This document shows positions 54,460 through 64,000 of a stretch of 64,000 nucleotides of DNA, one piece after another. The translations under genes and the position numbers were made by a program. Source of the DNA: Rebecca billardiae RCC1528 (taxonomy: Eukaryota; Protista; Haptophyta); contig OZ251235.1 in NCBI GenBank assembly GCA_965240325.2, positions 682,001 through 746,000 on the forward strand, in the 5' to 3' direction. Within the stretch, counting starts at the first letter, position 1. The number at the start of each line of letters is the position of its first letter. The notes beneath the pieces are model-generated. The model did no database searches, had not been told where the DNA came from, and saw nothing but the letters and a program-made list of their open reading frames with translations.

Positions 54460-56999
54460 ATGTCGAACGACGCCTCGCCGGCCGCCGCCGCCGCCGAGCA
54501 GTCCGACACCCACGCGGCGATTGGCGCCGAGTGCATGCGCGGCGAGCAGACGCTCGACGAGATCTCGCAGCGGCTGTACAGCATCAAGCCGATGATCGAC
54601 CTGCCGGCCGTGAGACACCAGGTGCGCGTCGAGACGCCCGCACTCCCCCCCCCCCCCGCGCAGCGCCCACCCCCGCGTCCCCACGCCCCGTCCGCCCCGG
54701 GCGCGCGGCGGCGGCGCGCGCGTGCGCCCCACACGCGACCATGCATGTGGCGCGCGGCGCGGCCTGATGCGGGCGTCCCCCGCGCGCCGCGCGCGCGCGC
54801 GCACGCAGGTGCGCCGCGTGATCCACTTCGTCGCGCAGCACAACCACGACCTCCTCGACGGCCGGCACATGGACCAGATCGTGCTCGCTGGGCTGTACGG
54901 CATCTGCCGCATCCACCAGGCGGACGTCACCTTCAAGGACCTCGTGGAGGCGTACAAGCGGATGCCCTCGGCGTCGAAGGAGCTGTGGCTCAACGTGCCG
55001 CTGCTCGAGCCAGGCAGGACCGGGAACATCATCGCCTTCTACAACGAGGTCCGTGCGGCGCCCGCGCGCGCGCCGCTCGCGCCCGCCCCCGGCGCCGCGC
55101 GCGCGCGCGTCGACTCGCGCGACTCGGTGCGCGGCGCTCGGCCGTGACCGCCGCGCACGCTGACCGCCGCGCACGCGCGGCCGCCGCGCGCAGGTGTTTG
55201 TGCCCCGCTGCAAGGACTACCTCCACGGCATGAAGGACGCCACCATCCCCGGCGTGCCGCACTCGTACGCGCGCTATGTGGCGGAGAGCGCCGCGGCCGC
55301 GGCCGGCGGTGGCGCCGCGGCCGCGGCGGCCGCGGCGACGCTGACCAACAGCCCGGCGGGCTTCCGCCAGTCGAAGCGCGCGCGCACGGACGAGCGCAAG
55401 CCCGGGAGCGAGGCCGCCTCCGCCGGCGCCTCGGACGACGCCGAGATGCCGCCGCCCCACTCGCCTACGCGCAAGCCGCGCGTGGGCGTGCCACGCTCCC
55501 CGTTTGCTGAGTTCCCGGCGTCGCCCTTCAAGCGCAAGGCGGTCGTCTCGCCGCTGCGCGGCGCCGCGTCGCCCGCGCGGGTACGCGCGGCGAGAGGGGC
55601 GCGGGCGTGCGCGCCGTGGGCGCCGCGCCGGGCGGCGCCCGCCCGCCGCGCCGCGCCACACCGCCGCCGACCGCGCCGCCCGCGCCGCGCGCGCCGCCCC
55701 TCGCGACGCCCTTGCTGCGTGCGCGCGCGCGCGGCCTCGGCGCGCGCAGAGGCAGGTGCTCGCGAGCGGCCGCGGCGGCGGCGGGCCGCACGCGTCGCCC
55801 GCGCGCACGCAGCACGCCGCCCAGCTCCGCGGCTCGCACACGCCGCGCACCGCCTTCCTCCACTCCTTCGGCACGCTGGGCACGGCCTCGCCCGCGCCGT
55901 CCGCGCAGCAGGGCGCGTTCGACAGCATCAATGGCCGTCTCAAGGGCGAGGATGAGCCGGGGACGGCGGTGCCGAGGGTGCGCGCGCGGGGCCGCGCGGC
56001 AAGCGGGGAGCGTGGCGTGGGAGCGGGGCGCCGCCGCGCCGGCGGCGCAGCGCGCGTCGCGCGCGCTCGCCGCTGCAGCGGGCAGGCCTGCGGTGGGGCG
56101 ATACATACGGAGGGGTACCCACACTTAGCGGGAGGGGTACCCACACTTAGCGGGAGGGGTACCCACACACTTAGCGGAAGGGGTACCCGCACTTAGGGGC
56201 AGGGGTACGGGGTGGTACGGGGGGCTGCCCACACCGAGCAGCAGGGCGCGAGCAGCTGGTGGAGGCCAGGGGGGCTGCTGGCTGCGGCGTGCCCAGGGGC
56301 GCTCCCCCGCTCTCGCCCTCTGCCGCGCGATGCGTGTGCGGCCGCTCAGCACGCGCCGCCCCGCCTCTCCCGCGCCCGCGCGCCCGCGCGCCCTCGCAGG
56401 CGGCCTCGCGCCCGCTCGGCTATGACCGCGCGGGCGCCTCGGGCCTGGACGCGCTGGCCAACGGCTCGGGGCCTGCGGAGGGCTCGATCGCGGCGCCTCC
56501 GCGCACGCTCTCGCGGCCGCACGGCAACGCAGGCAGCTCGGCGCTGCTTGCCCTCGCGCAGGCCTCAGACTACAAGCGGATGCAGGCGGCCTCGGACGCG
56601 GCCGTCTCGGGCGCGCCACCCGCGACCCAGCCCGCGGCGCCGCCGGCGGAGACGGCGCAGCCCGCCCAGCCGCACGCTGCCGAGCCGGCCGCGCCCGCCG
56701 CCGTCTCCCAGGCCGCGCCGCCGCCGTCAGGCGTGTCGGCTGCTGCCGCCACGCCTCCTGTCTCGGTGGCCGGCGCACACAGCGCGGCGCAGTCCGCCGC
56801 CGCCACCGCCGCGTACGCCCCACCGCCCGTCCCCTCCGCCACCGCCGCCGAGCACACCACCGGCAGTGCGCACGCTGCCGCCTCGGCTGTGTCGCCCGAC
56901 CCGGCGGCCATCTCGTCGGCAGCGACCGCCGCGCACGGCGCGGTGGAGGGCGCGGCCGCGCAGGTGCCGCTCGAGGCGGAGGCGATGGCTGCGTCCTAG
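54460..56999 (+). CDS. Retinoblastoma-related protein with only the pocket B domain (~540 aa); exons 54460-54621, 54809-55048, 55194-55580, 55750(or 55756)-55977, 56400-56999
   Basis: LLDGRHMDQIVLAGLYGICRI...TFKDLVEAYK...NIIAFYNEVFVPRCKDY matches RB pocket B. Four GT-AG phase-0 introns keep the frame. The tail carries several S/T-P-x-K/R CDK sites (SPTR, SPFK, SPLR, SPAR). Confidence 0.85.
56109..56210. repeat. Intronic minisatellite, ~22-bp unit x ~4.5
   Basis: GGAGGGGTACCCACACTTAGCG repeated, decaying rightwards; each unit contains the palindrome GGGTACCC. Confidence 0.9.
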
Positions 57000-57460
57000 A
57001 GGCTAGAGCGGCCCGCCTCGGCACGGTGGGCGCGCTGTCTGCCTGAGCGCGCGCGGACGCACACGGGTCCGCTGCACCCCCGCCGTGGCACTGCCCAGGC
57101 TGCCACCGGGCGCCGCAGCGCGCCAACGGTCGGCGAGCCGCGCAGGCAGCGGAGCAGCGGCCGAGGGGCCGCGCAGCTAGAGCGCAGAGGGGCGAGGGGC
57201 TCGGCCTGATCGCCTGCCGCGGTGCTATGCGCCTGCGGCTCGGGCTCGAGCGGGACACCGACAACGCTTTCAGGCCACGGCGGTCGGCGCACAGACTCCG
57301 CACAGTCGTCTGCCGCTGGCCACAGAGACTAGAGAGGCAGCATTGAGATGTCAGAACACGGCCCGGACCGAGCCACTCCGCACTCGCGACGGCGGTCGTG
57401 GCCCGGGACGACTATAATCTATATATATATACCGCGTTTTAAACAATTAAGTATATATAT

Positions 57461-59596
57461 GACCGCGTTCCGCGGTCCTTCCGTAGAACCAACGCAGTTA
57501 GGGGCCCGCGGTGCACCCTCCGTCGGCTGCTCGGCTGCTCAATGTCGTAGCTGCTCAATGTCGTATGAAGATTTATAATGGGCCAGGCCCAGTGGCAGTG
57601 GCAGTCTGCGAGACGCGTCGCAAGTTGGCAGTCCAGCTTGCCCGCCGCGTGCGCCGCGGCCGCGATCTCGTCGCCGTCCATGTCCTCGAACAGCTTGGCG
57701 GCGTTGGCGATGCGTCGGGACTTGGCGCGCTCGTCCGATTTGTTCATCGCACCCGCCGCCGCGGCGCCGCCATCGTCCCGCTGCGTGCGCTTGCCGAGGC
57801 GGTTGGAGTTGCCGCGCATCGACCGCGAGCGCGCCGCGTGCGCGCATGCGCCGCCGCCCCGGTGCGCTCCGCTGCCAGCGCCTTGCGTACCTTACGGCGC
57901 CGAAAACGGATCCGGCGCTCAGCGTTGCGCAGCGCGCGTGTGTCCTGGTCGCACGCCTCGCACACGAGCAGCAGCGCCAGCGCCATCTGCGCGTCCTCGT
58001 CGACCTCGGCCGAGTGCAGCGTCACGGGCGCGCCGCCCGCGCGTGCCGCCATCTCCTCGCGCTGCAGCTGCTCTGCGATGGCGCGGTCGCTGCGCAGCTG
58101 CTCGGCCAGCGGGTCGGGCGCGGCGGAGCGCTGCTCGCGCAGGCGGAGCGCGGCGGCGGACGTACTCCTCCAGCGCGGCCTACTCGTCGTTCAGCGGCGC
58201 GCCGGGCCGGCAGCGCGCCCGTGATCGCCGACCGTCCGACCGAGAGCCGCGCGCGGCCATGTGTGCGCGCAGCTCCGCCGTCTCCTCCTACGAGAGCATG
58301 CCTGCGCGGCGGCGGCGGCGGCGCGGCCGGGGTAGCGCATGCGCGAGGTGCGTCAACAGTCAGCGCCGTACGGCTGGTCGGCGCGCCACGTGCCCGTCGC
58401 GCGCGCACGCGCGCGCGCGCGCCGCGCACAGAGCAGCGACGCCGGCAGCTGCAGGTTGTCAGGGGCCGCCACGCTCATCGTCGCGACGCGGAAGACGATC
58501 TTGAGCACGTGGGAGAACGGGCCCGACGCGTCCTTGCGCTGCACGAAGATCAGCTTCATCGGTGGCACCACCGCCGCCATCAGCTGGCCCCTTGTGCACC
58601 AGCTTGGCCAGGCGCGGCGAGCGACCACCTCCAGCGGCCAGGCGGAGTTGACCGCCTTGGCGACAGGGTCCACGCGCCACACCGTCTTGGTGCGCGAGTC
58701 CCACGCGCCCGGAAGCGACGCCTGCGTGGTCTGCGCGTCGGGCAGGTCGAGAAGATGCGCCTCACCATGATCAGGCTCAGCGCCTCGATCACCACCTGCT
58801 TCGCCGTGTCGATCATCTTGGCACGCCTTGCTCGCACACGGTCGCGTAGTGTCTTGCGCACGCAACTTATTGCCCACCACCTTGGTTAGCACGTGGCAGC
58901 GGCGGTCCTGGATGCGCTGATGCACCTGGCCCGAGAGCAGCGGGTTGTTGCAGCTCGGGCAGAACGCCCGCACCGCCATCTGCGGCGCCAGCACCTGCTC
59001 CTTCGCGTCGCGCAGTGTCGCAGTCGTCACGCCGCGGCCTGCGGTCCGCCGGTCCGCGCGTGCACGCGGTAGAGTTTCGCCCGGTGTCGTTTCAGAACGG
59101 CCCGATGTCGTGCGTCCCCAAGCGCATCAACGCGTTCCGCATGCCGAGCCGGTTCGCGTGCGCGTCCAGGAATCAGGATTTCTGATCTGTCTTGCGCGCC
59201 CGCGCCGCGTCGCCGGCGTTTGACTGCGGGTCGAGAGGTCCACTGGTCATCGACTCATCGCGGGGAGCGATCGCCGGACCGCCCAGTCCGGAGTGGATCA
59301 CTGTTGTCTGGTGCTGGGCGGAGTCCGGCCCCGGGCATTACCACAATGGCGCAGATTCGTTTACTGACAATGTGACGGCCGTCCAACGACATACGCGAAA
59401 TGACCCGGGCGCGGCCTTTTAAGCTTGGGATGGACAGCATTGTACCGCACCCCTCAAAATATCGAAAACTCACCCTCCAACAACCCTAAAAATCGTCCCC
59501 CGTCCCCTTTTCTTTGATCAAAAGATCTTTTTGACAACGTAGTGAGGGCCCCCGGTGGGGCTCCACGCTACGCGCTCCGCCCTGCACCGCGGGCCA
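57461..59596 (-). mobile_element. Non-autonomous Helentron/Helitron2-like element, copy 2 (~2.1 kb, inverted), carrying a decayed gene
   Basis: Perfect 13-bp asymmetric inverted repeat GGCCCGCGGTGCA (57503-57515) / TGCACCGCGGGCC (59583-59595). Terminal hairpin 57461-57477. 59453-59599 is the diverged reverse complement of 16420-16563. Confidence 0.62.
57570..59030 (-). pseudogene. Frameshifted, intron-containing gene relic inside element copy 2
   Basis: Protein-like fragments in several frames: FCPSCNNPLL, KMIDTAKQVVIEALSLIMV, TAELRAHMAARG (SAP-like), SDRAIAEQLQREE and EDAQMALAL (ubiquitin-binding-motif-like). Host-type intron 58302-58429, with an in-frame TAG just after it. Confidence 0.55.
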
Positions 59597-59640
59597 TTAA
59601 GGCGCGGACGCATTCTATATGTGTCTGCTGCACTCTGAGC

Positions 59641-59676
59641 CTGACGCTTGCCCGTTGCATACCACGTCGTTATATA
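59641..59676 (-). repeat. Second copy of the 36-bp dispersed repeat
   Basis: Reverse complement of 34024-34059; abuts a (TA)n run. Confidence 0.75.
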
Positions 59677-61164
59677 TATATATAATGTCGTCTTTATATT
59701 CATCACAGATCACTCGCTGCCGCGGCCGAAATGCGCCCGGCCCATAGCTACGTATACGACAGGCAAATGGCCCATCAGCAAGATTCGGCCGCCCGAATCA
59801 TCGCGGGCGTAGTATAAGAATAAGCAGTCATAGAGATCTCACGCCGCCGGCGTGGCTAGTCTCGGTTTCTTAGCGCCGTTATATTCGCCATTCGGTAGAC
59901 ACCCCGAGCGCCTACGGAGAGTCTCAGGTTCACTTAGCTACGGGCCTAGGTCCGCCCGCCGCGCAGGCGCGGAGGGCGCACGGGGGGCAGAGCCCCCTGA
60001 CGCTGAGTCTTTAGGCCCGGCCGGCGAGTAGGCCGAAGAAAACTTTGGGCCATTTTGGAGTGTATCTGGCATGATGCTGCATGGATGCCGCGTTGCACTG
60101 GCCACAGGCCAGGAGTCAGTCAGGAGAAGTCGGGACTCGGCCTGTAGGCTGTACTCGTAGTCGGGCCGCGCGCCGCGTCCCACGGCCACAGGCACTGCGC
60201 CTGGCAGCGGCGGACCACGTCAGCTGCGACTCGACACGTAGTCCCTGTTTCTTAGTAGTGCATGTGACTATGCGTAAAGCGAACCAGCCGAACGCTCGTC
60301 TCACTCAATTTCTAGGCCAGATCAGCAGATAGCAAGCCCCAGTGTCTTAACGGGACAGCTGCTCCTTATTGCCCGCGATTGCCTGTAATAAATTATTTTG
60401 AGTTCATGAGTAGGTTAATGACGGGCCCGGAATTCGGAGTAAAAGGCGGCGTTTCGGCTTGCAGAATGCAGAGGCGCAGTGAGCAATATTTGAGACCGGA
60501 CGGCTGACGACGCCGACGACGCGTCCGGTCGCATGGGGTGGCACGCGCGCGAATCGACGCCAGATGCCGCTGAGATGGCTGATGGTGCGTCGGGATTCTG
60601 ACGCCGTCGGCGCAATAGAAATCGTATCAATTTCACATATGCAGGATATATATTGTGATGATTTGTGATGCGCCACTGCCAGGCCCAGGGCCAGGGCGCC
60701 GGTCCGCGGACCGGTTACGATACGGCTGACCACGGAGTCACCGTCTCACGTCTGACGGTCATCGATCGGACTGATAGTGAGTACCAGAGCAGAGGCAAGG
60801 CGCGCGGGGTCTGCGGACGACGGCGGCGAGGAGCTCGCTGATCTATATCGTCCATTCTAGCTATCGATCCTGGCAGATGATTCGTCACTCATCAGAGCAT
60901 TGGTGTTTGTCCCTGCTGCCCCTCATGTGCAGTATCCCGAGTCAGCGAGACCATTCCGTCGTCAGTCTTCGCCCGCGACTCGCGCGCGATCGCACAATGG
61001 GATCATCAGCATCACGTGACAGTCGCCTTCCCACCCTTGAACGGCCAACGGCCAACGGGCCCGCTCGGGCCGCGCTGCTCTGATGGGCCTTGCAAACGTT
61101 GGCTCACCCTCAGTCATTCAGCACGAAGGCGCCGATGGTCTGCCCCCTGCGTTGCGTTGTAGGC

Positions 61165-62069
61165 TCACTGCCTCGTCCACCTGCAACCGCGTGGCGCAAG
61201 AGGTGCCGAGCGCGCGCGCTGGAGTGAGCGGCAAGGGGCCAGCGCGGGCGCGCCGCTGTCCGGTCGCTCGCTCGGGCGCAGCAGGCGCAGTGCGCGCACG
61301 CGTTCCCATCGGGGAAGGTGATCTTGCCGTTGCCCAGCACGGCGAGCAGGTCCTTGGGGCCTCCCTTTGACGAGAAGTCGATCTTCGCCTGCGTCCCCTC
61401 CACCTTCGCCGTGAGCTTCCACGTCGGCCCGTCCGGCTCGTCCTTCCCGACGATCGTCATCACGCCGTCCGCGCCCACGCTGATGTCCCGGAAGCCGCGC
61501 GGGTGGTTGGGGTCTGAGTACCGCCCGCCCCAGCCGGCGGTGGCGGGCGCGGCGACGAGCTTGATGTAGTCGTCGAAGGTCTCGGAGACCTCCTCCAGCT
61601 CGCGCTCCACCTTCCCGCCCGGGTACGTCGCCTTGGTCGTCTTGGAGACGTACGTGGAGAAGTCGTTGCTCTTGAGGGCCTGCCTGAGCTCGAGCAGGTG
61701 GCCTTGCATCAGCTGCGCCTGCGTGTACGCGTCGGAGCCCTGCTTCGCGGCGGCGAGCATGGACTTCTGCAGCGGGTCGAGGGTGGTGTCGAGGCCCTTC
61801 GTCACGAGCGAAGCCGCGCCCGCGCCCTGCGAGTGCACCGCCGCGCGGAGCTCCTTGGCGCGCGCGCCGAGTGCTTGGATGTCATCGATCGAAGCGCCCG
61901 CCGCAAACGCGCTCCGCGGGAGCGCAGCCGCGCCGAGGGCGGCGGCGAGGCCGAGGCCGGCCGAGCGGCGCGACAGCGTCGCGCCAGAGCGAGCGCACGT
62001 CGCCGGAGACCGCGCGTCGATGGGCGCGAGCGCCGCGCCGGCCGTGAGCAGCGCGGCCACGAACGTCAT
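61165..62069 (-). CDS. Probable plastid thylakoid-lumen protein of unknown function; exons 62069-61300 and 61180-61165
   Basis: Signal peptide MTFVAALLTAGAALA, short transit region, Tat-type SRRSAGLGLAAALGAAALPRSAFA. C-terminal YSDPNHP...DFSSKGGPKDL...FPDGNAW domain is completed by intron 61181-61299 (GTGCGC...TTGCAG). Confidence 0.8.
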
Positions 62070-62468
62070 GGCGGGCGTCTTCGCGCGATGATTGCGCACG
62101 GCCGCTCCTCACAAACTCCCGCGCGTTTTTTCTGCCGCGCTGCGCACCACTCGCGACGAAGATTTCGCAGCAGATTATATTGAAGCGCGCGCCCAGCTGC
62201 CCGCAACTGAAGCAGGTCATCTGCAAACAGACACCGCAGCACCGGACTCCTCCTCGTCGGGCCGGCCGCAACAGCAAACTGCGAAGAGCCCGGGCGCGAG
62301 GGCGGAAAAAAGCAGCCGAATCAGGGCCGACAGCCTGCACTCCTGCAGCAGTGCAGCAGCCGACGAGCTGCATCGCAAGCATCCAGCCACTCGGCTCGAC
62401 GTCCGCGCGGCGCGCGCAGCAGCGAGAGGGTGTGGGGCGCGTGACCCGGCCCGTGCCGCATCGTCACC

Positions 62469-64000
62469 ATGCCCCCCCACTCGCCCGCGATGGGCCAGTC
62501 CGGCGGCGTCCCCGTCACCGAGATGCTCGTGATCGACGAGATTGCAACCTGGGTGTCTGAGCTCGTGACCGAGTCGCTCTGCACGTGGGTGCAGCACACG
62601 AACGCGGTGCACGCGGCGACCGGCGCGCCGGTGCACCACTCTGCCGGCCCGAAGCGCGCGAGCGACGCCCTCCGCCTCGCCGTCGCCGACCTCACCGCCT
62701 CGCTCGGCGCGTGGATGGACGGGCTGACCGAGCGGCGCAACGCGATGGCCGCGCGGTACGCGGACACGGTGAGCATCGAGAAGGCGCTGCGCGCGCACGG
62801 CACGCTGAGCGTGCACATCCGCTCCGCGAGCGGCATCACCACCGCCGACCCGCGCAAGCCGCCCGACACGTACGCAGACGTGATTGTACACGGCATGAAC
62901 AAGCGCACGCGCGCCGTGCACAAGACCAGCAGCCCGCAGTGGGACCAGGCGCTCACGTTCGAGGGGCAGCTCGCGCAGCTGATCGAGAAGCCAATGGCCG
63001 TTGGGGTGCGCGCGCGCGCGCGGCCGCGCGCGGCCGCCGCGCGCCACGCGCGCGCACGCGCGGGAGCGCGCGGCCGCGCTCACCGCGCGCGCTCGCTCGC
63101 GCGCCGCGCGCGCGCCGCCGCCGGCCGCGCACACGACAGGTGCGGCAGGAGGGCCCGGGCGCGGCGGTGCTGGGGCAGGTGATCCTGCACCTGTCCGACC
63201 TGCTGCGCGACCCGTCGGTGCTCAGCGCCTCGTGGGAGGACCTGCCGCTCTCGACGCGCGAGGGCCTCACGCGCGGCTCTCTGTCGATGGGCGTGTCGTT
63301 TCTGCCCGCGGCCCTCTCGGATGACGTGGTGCTGCGGCAGGCGGGCAAGCTGCGGCTGCGCATCGACCGCGCGTTCGACCTGCCGCTGCACGAGCTGCGC
63401 GAGCAGAACTGCATCATCCGCGTCACCGCCGCCGGCTCGCAGCGCCAGACCGCGCCCGTGCAGATCGACATCTCGAACGAACCCGCATGGTACCACGAGG
63501 CGCTTTCGTTTGAGGGGACCCTGGCGGACTTTGCGCTGGGCACGCTCGGCGTGGAGGTGCACGTGCAGGCGCCGGTGGGCGTGGCGCCGGACGACGACGA
63601 GGGGCTCATCATGCTCGCGGCGGGCACCTTCTCCCCGCCCTTCTCCGCGCCCGACCTCGAGCTGATGGCCACGGAGGTGCACGGCGTCCGCACCTCCGTG
63701 CCGCTGCGGCCGCGCGGCCGGGTGCTGCTCTCCTATGAGTGGACCGAGACGGCGCAGGTGCCGGTGGCGGAGGAGCTGCACCGCAAGTACCCGCTGCTGC
63801 GCCCCGCGCTGCGCATCCGGCAGCAGAAGCAAGAGGTGCCCATCGGTGCGCGCGCGCCGCGCGCCGCGCGCGCCGCGCACGCCGCGCCGCTCGCGCCACG
63901 CCGCCCGCCGCGCGTCTCACGCGCCGCGCCGCGCCGCCCGCCCCCGCCGTGCGCGCGTCGCGTCGCAGAGGTGCTGCTCGAGCACCCGTCTGGGCGCAGC
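62469..64000 (+). CDS. Multi-C2-domain protein, 5' part (continues beyond the window)
   Basis: GTLSVHIRSASGI...PDTYADV...RTRAVHKTSSPQWDQALTF and GKLRLRIDRAFDL...QTAPV...NEPAWYHEALSF are C2-like. Introns 63006-63139 and ~63846-63968. Confidence 0.8.

Noticed and set aside
16420-59599. One 43-kb giant transposon with terminal inverted repeats
   Set aside because: Each end has its own matching 3' terminus within ~2 kb, there is no TSD, and the interior holds ordinary host genes; two independent inverted copies is simpler.
59983-60000. GGGGGCAGAGCCCCC hairpin as a terminator or element end
   Set aside because: Isolated short hairpin with no partner end or second copy in the window.

Overview
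Eukaryotic, extremely GC-rich genomic DNA with spliceosomal introns (GTGCGC/GTACGC donors, CTGAC branch sites, CGCAG acceptors, CG-dinucleotide-rich). Composition, a bipartite plastid-targeting peptide and selenoprotein use fit a haptophyte-like alga (inference only). 1-14,798 is a ~205-216 bp GC-rich satellite (~71 monomers) with layered higher-order repeats that runs, in frame, straight into an FkbM-family methyltransferase. The rest holds about ten genes: a giant CCDC162-like protein, an HRD1/gp78-like RING ligase, an arsenite methyltransferase, a ~2,000-aa CCCH protein, a Venus-flytrap multipass receptor, a retinoblastoma pocket-B-only protein, a thylakoid-lumen protein and a C2-domain protein. 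It also holds a young Ty1/copia element and two inverted copies of a Helentron/Helitron2-like element. The two strongest hidden signals are both translational recoding. (1) The arsenite methyltransferase has an in-frame UGA at the conserved catalytic Cys, a well-formed type-2 SECIS in its 3' UTR, and a second C-terminal Cys-UGA-Gln-UAA, so it may carry two selenocysteines. (2) The copia element appears to join Gag-protease to integrase-RT-RNaseH by a -1 frameshift at G GGA AAC followed by a stem-loop, and its integrase lacks all four HHCC ligands. Most long Ala/Arg/Pro ORFs in the track are GC artefacts. All family assignments come from motif recognition; no searches were run.
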